The notes beneath the pieces were generated by a model. That model saw nothing but the letters and a program-made list of their open reading frames with translations. It made no database searches and was not told where the DNA came from. From Octopus bimaculoides (Eukaryota): 54,631 bases of DNA. The stretch covers positions 60,454,836-60,509,466 of the forward strand of contig NC_068986.1 of assembly GCF_001194135.2 (NCBI RefSeq). Reading direction: 5' to 3'. The position numbers and the translations under genes were made by a program. Shown piece by piece: positions 23,486-36,800 of the stretch; the stretch's first letter is position 1; the number at the start of each line of letters is the position of its first letter.

Positions 23486-26400
23486 ATTGAGATAAAACCA
23501 AAAAGAATTGAGATCTTTGCTCTCCTATGTGAGGGCCACAACAAGTTGGACATCACCAAGTGGCTCAATGTCAGCTGGATGACTGTCCATAGAAACATGG
23601 AGAGACTCAAGAATGGAAAGAGCTCAAAGATTGACCTCAATCAGGCAAACCTCAAGTTGTCAACCATTTGGTTGTTAGAAAGTCCTTGAAAAGTGATCTG
23701 AAGCCCAAAATGACTGCACTCACGAAGAACAACAACATCTTGGTGCCCACAGTGTTCAGGGCCATCAAGGAAGAGGGCAGTGAGAGCTTGAGGTGCGTGG
23801 AAAAGCCTCTGTTCACCGACCATATGTGAGTACAACATCTGGAGTGTAGTCATCACCTTCCCAATGACTTGAAATGTCATGGCAATTGAATTCTCATTTA
23901 TTCTGATGAAAAAACCTTCAAGGTTGATTCAGTCATCAACAAGCAGAATGACTGTGTGTTCAGCTTCGGCCAGGACATCTCTAAAGTCTGCTATGTGTCC
24001 ATGACCAAGCACCGGCCCTCTGTGATGATGCTCCATGTCATGACTTCAAATGGCGAGAACATGCTGCCAATGTGGTTTGCAGCTGGTTACAGGCTCACCG
24101 CAGCCAACTACAGGGACATCTTGGTCACAAAAGACCTGCGCTGAGAGAGAAAGATCATGAAGGTGGATTACATCTTTCAGCAGGATGTTACCCCAGCCCA
24201 CACAGTCAAGGCTGTGCAAGAGTGGTTGGAGTTGAACATGAACTTCTGGTCGAAGGCCTTTTGGCTGCTGCAGTTGCCTGACCTCAACCCTCTCGACTAC
24301 AGCATGTGGGCATATCTTGAGGGTAAGGCCTGCAAGGTCCACCACAGCAACGTCGATGATCTGAAGTTTTCTGTCAGCACAAGGAAGGGCTTCGACTACA
24401 CGAGTGCTCACTGCCAAGGGTCGCCACATTGATTAACATTAATATTTAAACACATTTATATGTTAAAATAATAAAAACATGTCTAACTGTGTCAAAACTA
24501 TCATTGTGTCCTTTGTTGAGAGTATTGTAATCAGTGTAACAGGACTGTTTCAAAGCCCAGTACTCCATGATATAACCAGCAAAAGTAGCTTAAATAATCA
24601 AAGACCTAGTGGTTTACTAATAGTTAAAATAGCATTACTTGGAAAAGAAAGAAAGACAGGTGATATTTTGGATGGTGGAGTTCAAGTAAATGGATTGCAT
24701 GTGTGAAAGAGTTTATGAGTCTAACAACAGAATACGATTTGTAAAAGTACATATATTCCCACCAGAATTAAAGAGATTAAATATTGTAAATGAAGTTTTA
24801 CTTTTGCCAGTTTATTGATATAATATTGAAAAAAATATTTAAATCATGAATGGGTAAATAAAATTAAACATTGTTCACAACTTTCAATACTTCATGCATT
24901 TAACTTCACAAACAAAATAGTTTTAAGAATTTTATTTCTAAAAGAAAAAGAGAAAAGTTAAGAATTATTTAATCTGAACATACATCAGATAATTCCAGAT
25001 AAAATAAAACATTTTGAAACAAGCCACTAATTGCTTATATCTATATCCAATGGACTTTATACTCAGAATAGCTAAAAAATATTTACCTAACTCATTTCCA
25101 TTGCTATTTTATTGTTAAACTAGATAGTAACTTTTGAATTTCTCAAGAATATTCAATTTGTTTCATAGGTAAAATATTTAAGATTTTGACTTACAGGAAA
25201 ATGAGATTGTACAATATTTATAGCTTTCTCAAGGAACACATTATGAGAAATATAACAACTATTTTTTAAAACTGTATTGCAAGTTTGGATCACCATGAGC
25301 ATACCTACACTCTGTAACATCATATTGTCTGACTAGTAAAACCTGAACATTGCAAAGTGGCTTGTTGATAACAATATTGAACAATCAAACTTTGTGGCAG
25401 TGGGTGATAAGAGACAAGTGTCATTTGTATATAAGAAGATATATATACCATGATAAAATAGCATGCCTACTTCTGAAGAAATGGAATGATTTGAGTGAAA
25501 TGAAGAATTGCAAGATAAAAATCTATCATTATTTGGGGTGAATAATAAAGATTATCATATTTTTTTATAAAGTAAAGTAACATCTGATATTGATATTTTT
25601 TTCACTAACACAACATAACTTTAACTGGCATAATTTACAAAAATAGAAATAAACTATATTATGCAGTTGTGCAGAAAAAATTATAAAAATGGCAAGCATA
25701 AATGTAGTTTTACTTTAATATCCCATTCAAGGCAAGAAAACTCTATAAACAAGATCTATAGCTTGATACAATAATGCCTTTGAGTATATAAAAGTCCTGT
25801 TTTATGATATTGAATTTTCATTGTCAAACAGACCAGGTATGTTATATACAAGCTTTGATATTCAGCTGCCAAAAGAAATACTTTAATACATTTTTCATGT
25901 CATTTTAGACTGGCACAAAATACCACAAAACCAAATCATGGTAGCAAAATGGATATAAAAAGAATAAAAAAAGATAAATATATATTTTTGGGGGGATACT
26001 CCCAAAATTATACTCAAGGCAAATTAGATATAAGCTGTAAAAGAAAACAAACAAAAAATAAAAACAGTTTCTGTAAAATCCAGATCATCAACTCAATTTA
26101 TTATCTGTATTTGTAGTTTTGGTTAACTGAATTAGCCTGTTTTCATTAATCTACTGACTAAATTCAATTTTGTATTTAATAACACTACATTGACAAGGGA
26201 GGACAGATTGAAGTTAGAACATACACTAAAAATAGACAATTCTTTAACAATTCCATTCATACTATTCTACCTCCATACATTTTAATAGACAAATGCTTTA
26301 ACGATGGTTCATTTGAAAATTCAAACATCACACATTATAAATCAACTTTTTACAGAGACCTGTTTCTCAACAATTTCTATAATCTAATATACACAAGTGT

Positions 26401-28901
26401 GTGTGTTTGTGTGCATGCAAGTGAATATTGAGAATAAAGAAGGCAATTTCAGATGAGAGAAGATACATATAACACATGTAGAAATGGATTTAAAAATCCC
26501 AGAAATGGGTAACATATTGACATTCTCAAAGGACTTTGTGTCCCTAAGTTACCCTTCAAAATATGAAATATCTCTTCTTGTCTTTCAGCATATTCATTGC
26601 TCATGAATCATGCTCGTAAAATAGCTGCCTTACATAAACAATAAAAAAGTGAATGTAAACTTCATATCAAATTTTACAATAAAAACCTCAGGCTCTTGCT
26701 TTTGCATATAGTTAAAATAAATGACAAAAAAAATATGTAAAAAGGATAACTTTCAAATTTGAAGTGTTAAGAATTTTTCAGACAATTCAATGAAATCTCA
26801 TCTCTTCTTTGCATTATATTCATTGGTGCAAAATATATATTCTTTTTTTTTTCTTGATAAAACAAAACATTTGAAGCTGCCATTGATACATAGAAAAATA
26901 AGCAATAGCTGCTTAAAATATAGAATACTGGAGACAATTTTCAAAGTATTGAGTTATTTTCCAGCACATACATTTATATATATCAGGTTCCATGACAACA
27001 TATAGTAGGATATATAATATTAATGCATATGGTATAGTTCAACTGTATTTTTTTTCTAGTTAGCAATCCATTTTTATGGAGCCAGGGAGTTATCTGACCA
27101 TTTATGCTTTCAGATCTTCTCACTAACATTAAGTTATCCCAGATATTTTCTCATTAATTTTAAGCATACAGTACTTGTTGTACACTCTGGGTTAACTCAA
27201 GAAAAGACTGCCAATGGTTTCATTATAAATCTGACTGAAATTTTAAAACAACAAGGTATAGAAGTTGTTTGAAATAAATTTAGAATTATGATAAACTGAG
27301 AAATACATTCTAGAGAGTAACAATAGTGGGTTTTGGTTAGTACCTTGGAAGAGAATGAATAACCAAGTTGACAGGCTAACAGAAAGTATTCAGGTACTTG
27401 CCAGGTCATATTCTGACACTGACAATATATTATGTCCATGCCAAGACACATGGTTATCACTGTAGAACAGATGTAAAATTTGCAATACTGACTTCCCTTC
27501 TTGCAGTGTGGAAAGACTGAGTACAGTAGAATAACATCCTATTCACAGGGAGATATCTCTTTCATCCACTTAACACTATGAAAATTAGAAAGATTTTGTG
27601 ATTTAGAAAAAGATTAGCTTCGCTTAGTGTTCACATGGAGAATATACATTATAACAAAAGTAATCTTAATATTTAACCTAATATCATGTTCAGATTAAAG
27701 CTAGGGAAGGAATATGTTGTACCATAATATTAGGTAGTTTATAAGTGAAGAAATATACTCTCTATAAATACTAACCTTAAGTACAAGTACATATAGTTAC
27801 AGTCCTAACCAATGGTAATCATAGAAAATTACTGTCGAAATTAGACTCATACCTACATATATCATAAAGGTACCAATTACTGGTACTAGAGTGCTAGGAA
27901 TTTTGGAGCTGGCCTTGTATACAATCATTCCATATAGCATGTTTCATCGCAGTAGCTTTAAATAGCTTTCCTACTATAGGCACTGCCTCCATTCATTTAC
28001 ATATTTTATCTGCTTTTAACATAGCAGCTTTTCCTTCTTGTAACTACATTATGATTGTAGCCGGCAAGTAAGTAATTATATTCATGTATCAGTTATGTAT
28101 GCATGAATGCACATATGTATGTTTGATGTATATATGTATATATGCATGCATGCATGTAAAATAGACTGTATATTTAATAGATTATATATATATATATATA
28201 TAAAATGAAAATAAAAGTAGTTAATTCATATATCATATTGATTCAATTTCAAGTGTAAATAATCTTTCGTGAAAGTAACAGTGCATAAAAATACTAGCTA
28301 ATGATAAATATGAGTTTATCCATCTACAAAGTTAAAAAGAACAATAAAATAATTTTCAATACATGGTAGGTAAATATTCAAATGGAAAACTGTCACCTTC
28401 AATGATTGTTCACTTCATATATGTATATACATGCATACTTAAATACATACAGAGAGAGGGGGGAGGGGGGAGAGAGAGAGGGGGGAGAGAGAGTTCAAAA
28501 GTAAATAGACACTCCTCATTATACCATTTTATCTGTGTGGAAAATACTAGTTAGTATGATGTCCAAATGGGTTAAAACATTAAAAACAACATAAAGCACA
28601 TGTACTAAATATTAGATTAATTATCTAATTGCATCAATTGAGGTTATTTTGTTTCTAGGCAATAAATTCTCCACCTTCAAAATGGTGTCTATATACTTTT
28701 GAGATGTGTGCATGTGAATATCTCAACCACTGCTTTTTAGGCGATTAAGGTCTGTCACCATGTATGTATACAATTATGTGCTTTAACTGCAGCATTAGTG
28801 TTTAGTCTTTATTTCTAGCAATGTAGGTGTCTCTAACACCTTCGATCATATTTAATGACGGTTGTAGTTTTCCTTTATGGAACACATTGCTTACTGCTGC
28901 C

Positions 28902-28914
<13 letters not shown>

Positions 28915-28968
<54 letters not shown>
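28915..28968. repeat. (GT)n-(TA)n-(CA)n microsatellite
   Basis: Direct inspection. Confidence 0.95.
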
Positions 28969-28973
<5 letters not shown>

Positions 28974-29109
28974 TTTTGATGAACAAACAGTAGAAAAAAC
29001 ACTCAACACAGAGTTTTATATTTTAGTTGGAAGCAAGCTGATGACTCACTTCACCACTCATTCTTTCCCCTGTGTGTGATTCCACAGGTGAGAAAACTTT
29101 GATGAACTG

Positions 29110-29111
29110 AA

Positions 29112-29147
<36 letters not shown>

Positions 29148-29150
29148 AGG
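29110..29150. repeat. (GAAA)n microsatellite
   Basis: Direct inspection. Confidence 0.95.
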
Positions 29151-29684
29151 CAGAAAGGAAAGAAACAAAGAATGAAAGAAAGGGAGAAAGTGAAGTATAC
29201 CTGTATATTTATAAAATATCATATGAACTTATTGGAAGTTCATTGCTGGCCAGAAAAATTAACCAGCAGAAGATAATATATCTACAAAATATATCTACAA
29301 AATATCTACTGTTGAAACATGGGGAATTTCTATAGATATATTTAAGGCCTATTTAAGGCTACAAGTTACAATAAATCTATGAAGCAAACTTAAGGATGAA
29401 AAAATGAGATCTTATTAATTTTCATAAATATCAACAACACATTAATAAACAAGAGTTTACATTCTTATTAACTTCAATAATAATTTTTATCATAGGCATT
29501 GGTTAATTAGATAAAACCCAAGTATTTGGTTTGTAATTTTTTTATCAGCCCCACAAAGGCTAAAACAAACAAAGTCAACTCCAGCAAGATTTGAACACTG
29601 TATATAAAGACAAGTAACCAATTACTGCCAAATATTTTGTCCTTTATTGGACAATTCCCAGGTTTAATAATGATAATCTTTTTG

Positions 29685-30005
29685 TCTTTTACTTCTTTCA
29701 GTCACTAGACTGTGGCCATGCTGGGGCACTGCCTTGAAGAATTTTTAGTCGAATGTATCAACCCCAGTACTTATTAATTTCTAAGATTCTATCAGTATCT
29801 TTTGCCAAACCACAGGGACATAAATACACCAACACCGGTTGTCAAGTGATGACGGGGGACAAACACAGACCCATACACATGATGAGCTTCTTTCAGATTC
29901 CATCTATCAAATCTGCTCACAAAGCTTTGGTCAGCTATAGTAGAAGACTCTTGCCCAAAGTGCCATGCAGTAGGACTGGACCCGAAACCATGTGGTTGAG
30001 AAGCA
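29685..30005 (-). mobile_element. tRNA-derived SINE (octopus type), near full length
   Basis: Minus strand has a B-box-like GGTTTCGGGTCCAGTCC, then ctttgggcaagagtcttctactatag, with a tail ending ..ccagcatggccacagtctagtgactgaaagaagtaaaaga. Confidence 0.8.
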
Positions 30006-30069
30006 CAGTCATTAAAAATGTTTTCCTAATATAAGTACAAGGCTAGCAATTTTTAGGGGTGGGGAAAAA

Positions 30070-30200
30070 CTGATTACATCAACCCCAGTACTTGACTGGT
30101 ACTTTATTTTAGCAACTCTGAAAGATGTAAGGTAAAGATGACTTCAGCGGGATTTCATCTCAGAACATAAAGAGCCAGAAGACATGCCACAAAGCAATTG
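30070..30200 (-). mobile_element. Second SINE family fragment
   Basis: ctgagatgaaatcccgctgaagtcatctttacc..ataaagtaccagtcaagtactggggttgat; a more decayed copy at ~30380-30470. Confidence 0.55.
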
Positions 30201-31316
30201 TCCAGCACACTAACAATTCTGCCAGCACACCACCTTAATAACAACGATAATAATAGTAAATTATTTAATGGCCAAAAAAGCCTAAACAACAATCAGAACA
30301 GTACAGAAGACACAATACAGTAACAATGATTTCTAATATTTGTATGAGGCCAAAAATATAAATATATGAGTGAATTAAATTTACTCCAGTACTTGACTGA
30401 TATTTTTTTTAATGAATCTGAAAGAAAAACAAAGTCAGTTCTAGTAAATGTTTGAAATCAGACAAAAACTGTAGCTAAATATTGTAAGGGATCTTGTTTG
30501 GCACTCTACTGATTCTGCTGTTATATACTGATGACAACAATGGTGACAGCAGCACTGCAGCTAACATTAATAACAATAATTTAGGCTGAAGTCTCAATAC
30601 AAAACAACTTAGATCATATCACTGGCATTTAATTGACTACATCTTTGTGTGAAGAAGAGACAAAGCTAAAGTCTGTATCACCAAAGCATCATCAGCTGTT
30701 AATGACTACTTGATTGACCACAAATATTTGTGTTTTTGTTAAAGTGCTCTAATTAATGGTAGAGTTGCTTATACCATTATCCTTCAGGTGTGAAATATAC
30801 TTATTCCACTGTTTCAAATTGTGTAAAGAAGTTGTGAGAAGTGAAGTGGGCTTTAAAAGTGTTTCCTGGTATTGCCATTTTTTTAAACTTTGGCTTCGTA
30901 GATGAACTCCTTTGAGAGGTCTTTATTTTCCTGTGGACAGTGTAAACTATTTCTGAAATTAAAACTTTACGGCTAAATTTAAATTATTAGGGTATGCAGA
31001 TTTCTGTGACTCTATATTTCCAAGGCAGCTTAACTGTGGTCTTGTTGAATATTTTGTTATAAGAGCTCACTGGAGAAGTGCTTTCCTGAGAGAAAGCAAG
31101 TGCCTGGCAACATTGGTTGATATGTTGATACTGTTGGGTGCATTAAATCATATCACTTTCTGACTCTAGATCTACTTTTCTTGATGGGAACAGTCTTGAC
31201 CAAAATAAAACATAATTTATCCCTCCTATGGTATCAAGCACTCTTTTTCTAGTCAACACTAAACAGTTATGTATATTCACACACACACACACAGAGGCAT
31301 AAGAATATCCATATAT

Positions 31317-31477
31317 GCATGTGTGGTTAAAAAGCTTACTTTCCAACTGTGAAGTTTCGGATTCAGTGCCATTGTGCAGCACCTTGGGCAAGTGTCTTCT
31401 ACTATAGCCCCAGGTTAAACTATGCCCTGTTAAGCGAATTTGGTGGATAGAAATTGTGTGGAAGCCTGTCATATGTT

Positions 31478-31532
<55 letters not shown>

Positions 31533-32432
31533 NNNNNNNNNNNNNNNNNNNNNNNNNNNNNNNNNNNNNNNNNNNNNNNNNNNNNNNNNNNNNNNNNNNN
31601 NNNNNNNNNNNNNNNNNNNNNNNNNNNNNNNNNNNNNNNNNNNNNNNNNNNNNNNNNNNNNNNNNNNNNNNNNNNNNNNNNNNNNNNNNNNNNNNNNNNN
31701 NNNNNNNNNNNNNNNNNNNNNNNNNNNNNNNNNNNNNNNNNNNNNNNNNNNNNNNNNNNNNNNNNNNNNNNNNNNNNNNNNNNNNNNNNNNNNNNNNNNN
31801 NNNNNNNNNNNNNNNNNNNNNNNNNNNNNNNNNNNNNNNNNNNNNNNNNNNNNNNNNNNNNNNNNNNNNNNNNNNNNNNNNNNNNNNNNNNNNNNNNNNN
31901 NNNNNNNNNNNNNNNNNNNNNNNNNNNNNNNNNNNNNNNNNNNNNNNNNNNNNNNNNNNNNNNNNNNNNNNNNNNNNNNNNNNNNNNNNNNNNNNNNNNN
32001 NNNNNNNNNNNNNNNNNNNNNNNNNNNNNNNNNNNNNNNNNNNNNNNNNNNNNNNNNNNNNNNNNNNNNNNNNNNNNNNNNNNNNNNNNNNNNNNNNNNN
32101 NNNNNNNNNNNNNNNNNNNNNNNNNNNNNNNNNNNNNNNNNNNNNNNNNNNNNNNNNNNNNNNNNNNNNNNNNNNNNNNNNNNNNNNNNNNNNNNNNNNN
32201 NGGCACATAAAAGACACCATTTCGAGCGTGGCCGTTTTCGTGCGGGTGACACGTAAAAGCACCCACTACACTCTCTGAGTGGTTGGCGTTAGGAAGGGCA
32301 TCCAGCTGTAGAAACTCTGCCAAATTAGATTGGAGCCTGGTGTTGCCATCCGGCTTCACCAGTCCTCAGTCAAATCGTCCAACCCATGCTAGCATGGAAA
32401 GCGGACGTTAAACGATGATGATGATGATGATG
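31317..32432 (+). mobile_element. tRNA-SINE head + (GT)n, gap, then RTE-type 3' tail
   Basis: Head gtgtggttaaaaagcttactttccaac..caccttgggcaagtgtcttctactatagcc at 31317-31470; RTE tail 32202-32432 ending gcggacgttaaacgatgatg; linkage across the gap is unproven. Confidence 0.7.
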
Positions 32433-33308
32433 ATAGATTTAATATATATATTAATATATATATATTTATATACACACAAGGATAACTTACAATTAAAAAA
32501 GTACATATATAACGATATATTATCATTATATCACCATCATTTAATGTCTGTCTTCTTTGCTACCAAGTCTACCTGTATTAATACAGACTCTCACACACAT
32601 TTGTGTGCGTGGATGAACTTAAGAATCTAAGTCAAAACGTTAAAAAACATTGAGTAATTTGAGACATTTAATAGAGGCATTTGAAAATACATAAAACTTT
32701 TCTTAAGTCCAGTAGTTAACAAACAATGCTAGCTTACCATTACACAAAAACTTAAAGAATTTTGATTTCCTTTTTGGAAACCATTTTGATCATGTTTTTT
32801 TTTTTAGCTGGTTGGAAAACAAAATTACAAATAAAGATAGATACTAAAACACATCTAGTGTGATAAAACTCTTACAAAAAAGACACAAATCAGCATTGTC
32901 TCATGGTTTACATTACAATCTGATAAAAGATTTGATTTTATTAGCAAAGAAATATCCTTAAATGACATAAAAAAAAGCCCAACATAGTGTCAAATTTTGC
33001 ACTAGGAGTTGTATTTCATAATGATTATAAAAAAAGAAAAAGTCAGGATATACAGTAAATGCCTTTCAAAATAAAGGAATTAGTGTTAATAATAGTAAAT
33101 TAGTCAATGTACCAATAACAAATGGTTTCTAACATGGACATAACCAAAGAAATGTAAATGAGCAGAAGGAAGAGCATTTGGTTGATTAGCAACAGAAAGC
33201 ATTTTTTCCCATTATGTGTATTTTTTAAAGTGCTCAAAATTAAATTAATCGAAAGCAATATATCAAATTACAGTACAAGTTATAGTATAATGTTACAATA
33301 TATATAAT

Positions 33309-33389
33309 CAGGGAACACTTTATTGTGTTATGTTACTGAGAGCAAGAGCCTTTAGCTCTCTCTAACATAATGCAATTAAGTGTTCCCTG
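33309..33389. mobile_element. 81-bp palindromic MITE-like element
   Basis: TIR cagggaacactt / aagtgttccctg with internal imperfect symmetry (gttatgtta..gagagc / gctctc..taacataa). Confidence 0.6.
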
Positions 33390-33646
33390 AAGTTCTGTTT
33401 TGGTTAAGTATTCAGTTGTACTTCAAACATCTAGAAGAAAGTTCTAAAGAACTATACTACTAAAATAGGAGCAAATGACATAAACTTGTGTTTGCTGTAA
33501 TTTCTCCTACATTTCCTCAGTATATCNNNNNNNNNNNNNNNNNNNNNNNNNNNNNNNNNNNNNNNNNNNNNNNNNNNNNNNNNNNNNNNNNNNNNNNNNN
33601 NNNNNNNNNNNNNNNNNNNNNNNNNNNNNNNNNNNNNNNNNNNATA

Positions 33647-33678
<32 letters not shown>

Positions 33679-33889
33679 CAATTAAGATTCTGTTGAATTA
33701 GGTACTTAAATTGAGGCACCTTAACTAGGTCAGTATAATCTGCACACCCAAATAATATTAACTGAATATTGAATACCAAGACTCTGTGCAGAAGTGTTTG
33801 TATCTGATATACCTGCTGTATTTGCAGACAATGCAACTCCTTTAATTGATTAATGAAAACATTACATCATTTGAAAGAAACTGTTTTCA

Positions 33890-36800
33890 TCAGATGACTG
33901 CATAAACTTAAGATATAAAGGATACAACCATTTCCTTAACATATTCATATCAATAATGGAACTCAAAATATTTACATTGTTTCTTTTGTCATCTGTGACA
34001 GAATGAGTTTAGAAAATAATGCATACCTTATCAAGTCTACTATAATTTAGAGAGTAGCAGAGAAAATAGTGGGGGTCAGGATAAAAAGAATGGTGACCAA
34101 ATTACTTACACTTAGAAGACTTTATGTAGAATGTAGTCTTCAACCATTTAGAGTCAAATCCATTGGGAGTTGTCAACTGTATTCTAGTTAATAATGATAA
34201 ATCTATTAATGTCAGACAATCTTCTAGACTCTCAATGTATTGGAAACATATCTCTAGCTTTATCTACACAAAAGGATAGGGTATAGGGTTAGCAGTAAGG
34301 GAATAATTGATGGGGAAAGGATGATAATTGGAAGAAAAAAAAGAAAGATAGGGATGGCCAATACTTATTTTGATTATCATATTAAAGGGGAATATAATGA
34401 AAAAAAAAAAACAAAGGGATAAGTAATATAAACTTTAGGGGTAGAATTTAGAATCAAAGGATAAGGGAGGTAGTAAAATATAACTTTAAAAATTTATAAT
34501 ATTAAAGTGAGAAAATTTTAATCAAAATGTAGAAGAAGGATAGAAATTAAATTTAAAACCTAATAATGAAACACTTTAATATATAAGAAAAAATATTAAG
34601 ATTTTTCTTAAACATAGTGTATAGATCATGATAAAAGTATTCTATAATGAATGTATAACGGAATTAAATTATCAAATGAATAGAAATTCATAGTATATTT
34701 TAAACTAATATAAGAACTATTCCCTTCATTACGGGTGGATAAATATAAGATATCGTAAGAAATGGTATCCAAGATATCGTAAAAAATGGTATCCAATATA
34801 TGGGTAATTGAATTGGAGGTATACTAAATGTATAAGGGAGTACATTCAGATACAATAATTTGGGTATGTAAACACTTAATGAATATATTGTATGATTAAA
34901 AAATATAATAAAATAAGAATTCTTATATCCAGTAAATTATATAAAAGACCTTATGAATTGTCAAAAAAAAATTATTTATAAACTATAAGCACTAAGAAAG
35001 TATATAAAAGGATATACAAATGTAGAAAGATATCAAATATAGAATATAATGTGTAATTACAAATATAAAAAAATATTATATTATATTATACAGTGAAATT
35101 TATGAAAAGAAATTATAAACTGTCAAACCTTTTATAAGCTATAGAAGCTACACAATTGTATAAGAGGGTATACAAATACATAAAAATTTAATATAAAATA
35201 TAAAAATTTTATGAAATATTTTTTGCAGAATGATATAAAAGAGTTATAAATAAGGATATAGAGTAAAATAAAGTAAGAATTATTTTATAAATTATATTGG
35301 TATATTGAAAAGAATTCCTACACATGTTATTATTAATACAATATAAAATAAAATATATGTATCAAATATTAATGGAAATGGGTTTATAACATATTTCTAA
35401 AATACATCAAAGACACTGATCTAGGTAGAATAATAACAGATCTTAGATGGTATACTTTATAAATAGGGGAGGTGCAAGATTTAGTGACCCATTGTAAAAT
35501 TTATATGATATACTAACTATGAGGGAAGAGACTCCCAACACTGAAGGGGTAAATATATAATATAATTATTGGAAGTTTATAGATTAAAGGGGTTAAGAGT
35601 TATTAGAAAACATTACTGAATAGATTTTGAGATAATAGAGGGTAGGCTATGAATGATATGACACCCTGGATAACTCATGCTACCAAAGTACAGAATGAAT
35701 ACTTATTACCTGCTTATAAGGTATTTAAAGGTATGAGTAATCCCATGAACACATGACACTTTAAAATCTAATTTATTATTAATTAGGTTTTGTTTATCTC
35801 TAAATTTGAATATTTCATATATCTCCATACAACATAGTTTACATCCATACTGGCTATTTGTATATGGCTGAGCTCTATGGACTATATCCCACTTTAGGCT
35901 GAATTTAATATTATTATCTTTGAGTTCCCAGATTTTCATAGATAATGAGGTACTGCTGGCTTTATGCCTAGGTCTAAAGGATGAAAAATGCTTATTCAAG
36001 TGTTTTTTCATATTTACAGAGCACTCAATGTAAATGAAATTATAAGTTTCTGTTAATACTGTACATTTATATATAATACTAGCAGCTGAGCCCGGTTTCA
36101 CCCAGTCTGTTTGGATGATGTAGCAGTGATCGTTTTTGGTTAGGCATAATCTCAAACAGTATTTCTCAACCTTATCATTTCGATTGGAGCCTCCAGCTGT
36201 ATAAAACCCCCCACCNNNNNNNNNNNNNNNNNNNNNNNNNNNNNNNNNNNNNNNNNNNNNNNNNNNNNNNNNNNNNNNNNNNNNNNNNNNNNNNNNNNNN
36301 NNNNNNNNNNNNNNNNNNNNNNNNNNNNNNNNNNNNNNNNNNNNNNNNNNNNNNNNTAAATATGCGGAAAAATACGGACATTATGATCCGGACAAAAATT
36401 TCAAAACATTTCTGTACTTACAGTTACAGTTTTCGGGTCAGGGTTAGGGCTAGTGTTGGGGAAAAAAGACAAAATTGAAGAAGTTGGTGCGGGGAAAGGG
36501 GGAAAATTTCACAATGCTGATTTTTGGCAATTTTCCCGAACCTCCGTATCCGAAAACAGGGATTTTTGGCAAAAAAATTTTTTTAATTAAACACATTTGG
36601 GAGAAAATGGGGGAGGGAAGTCTTTCCAAAATATCTTCACAGAAAACAGCTTCAATGAGTTGTGAAGAAAGAATTTGTACATAGTCTGTTTCTGAGAACT
36701 ATTCTATTGGACCTCTGTCTAATCACATCTTTTAAGGTACGCACATATACATAGAAAATGTGAGGTCATGGTAGGTACACACACATACATAGAAAAATGT

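Larger units (their letters stand above)
19455..24560 (+). mobile_element. Tc1/mariner (maT-like, DD36D) transposon interrupted by an RTE insertion
   Basis: TIRs tgggctttgcaagagtcctgttacactca (19457-19485) and tcagtgtaacaggactgtttcaaagcccag (24531-24560) followed by TA; transposase KRIEIFALL..LNVS (from ~23490), SDEK, FQQD..PDLNPLDYSMW. Confidence 0.9.

Noticed and set aside
27395-27460. Frame DNHVSWHGHNILSVSEYD resembling the start of the CAD aspartate transcarbamoylase domain
   Set aside because: The similarity is limited to HNILSV, and no other CAD exons were found.
33880-33900. CTGATGA on the minus strand near the PLE 3' end (also plus strand at ~44655) as hammerhead candidates
   Set aside because: There is no stem II followed by GAAA at a suitable distance.
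36438-36460. Telomere-like GGGTTAGGG
   Set aside because: Only one or two degenerate units, inside a Helitron.
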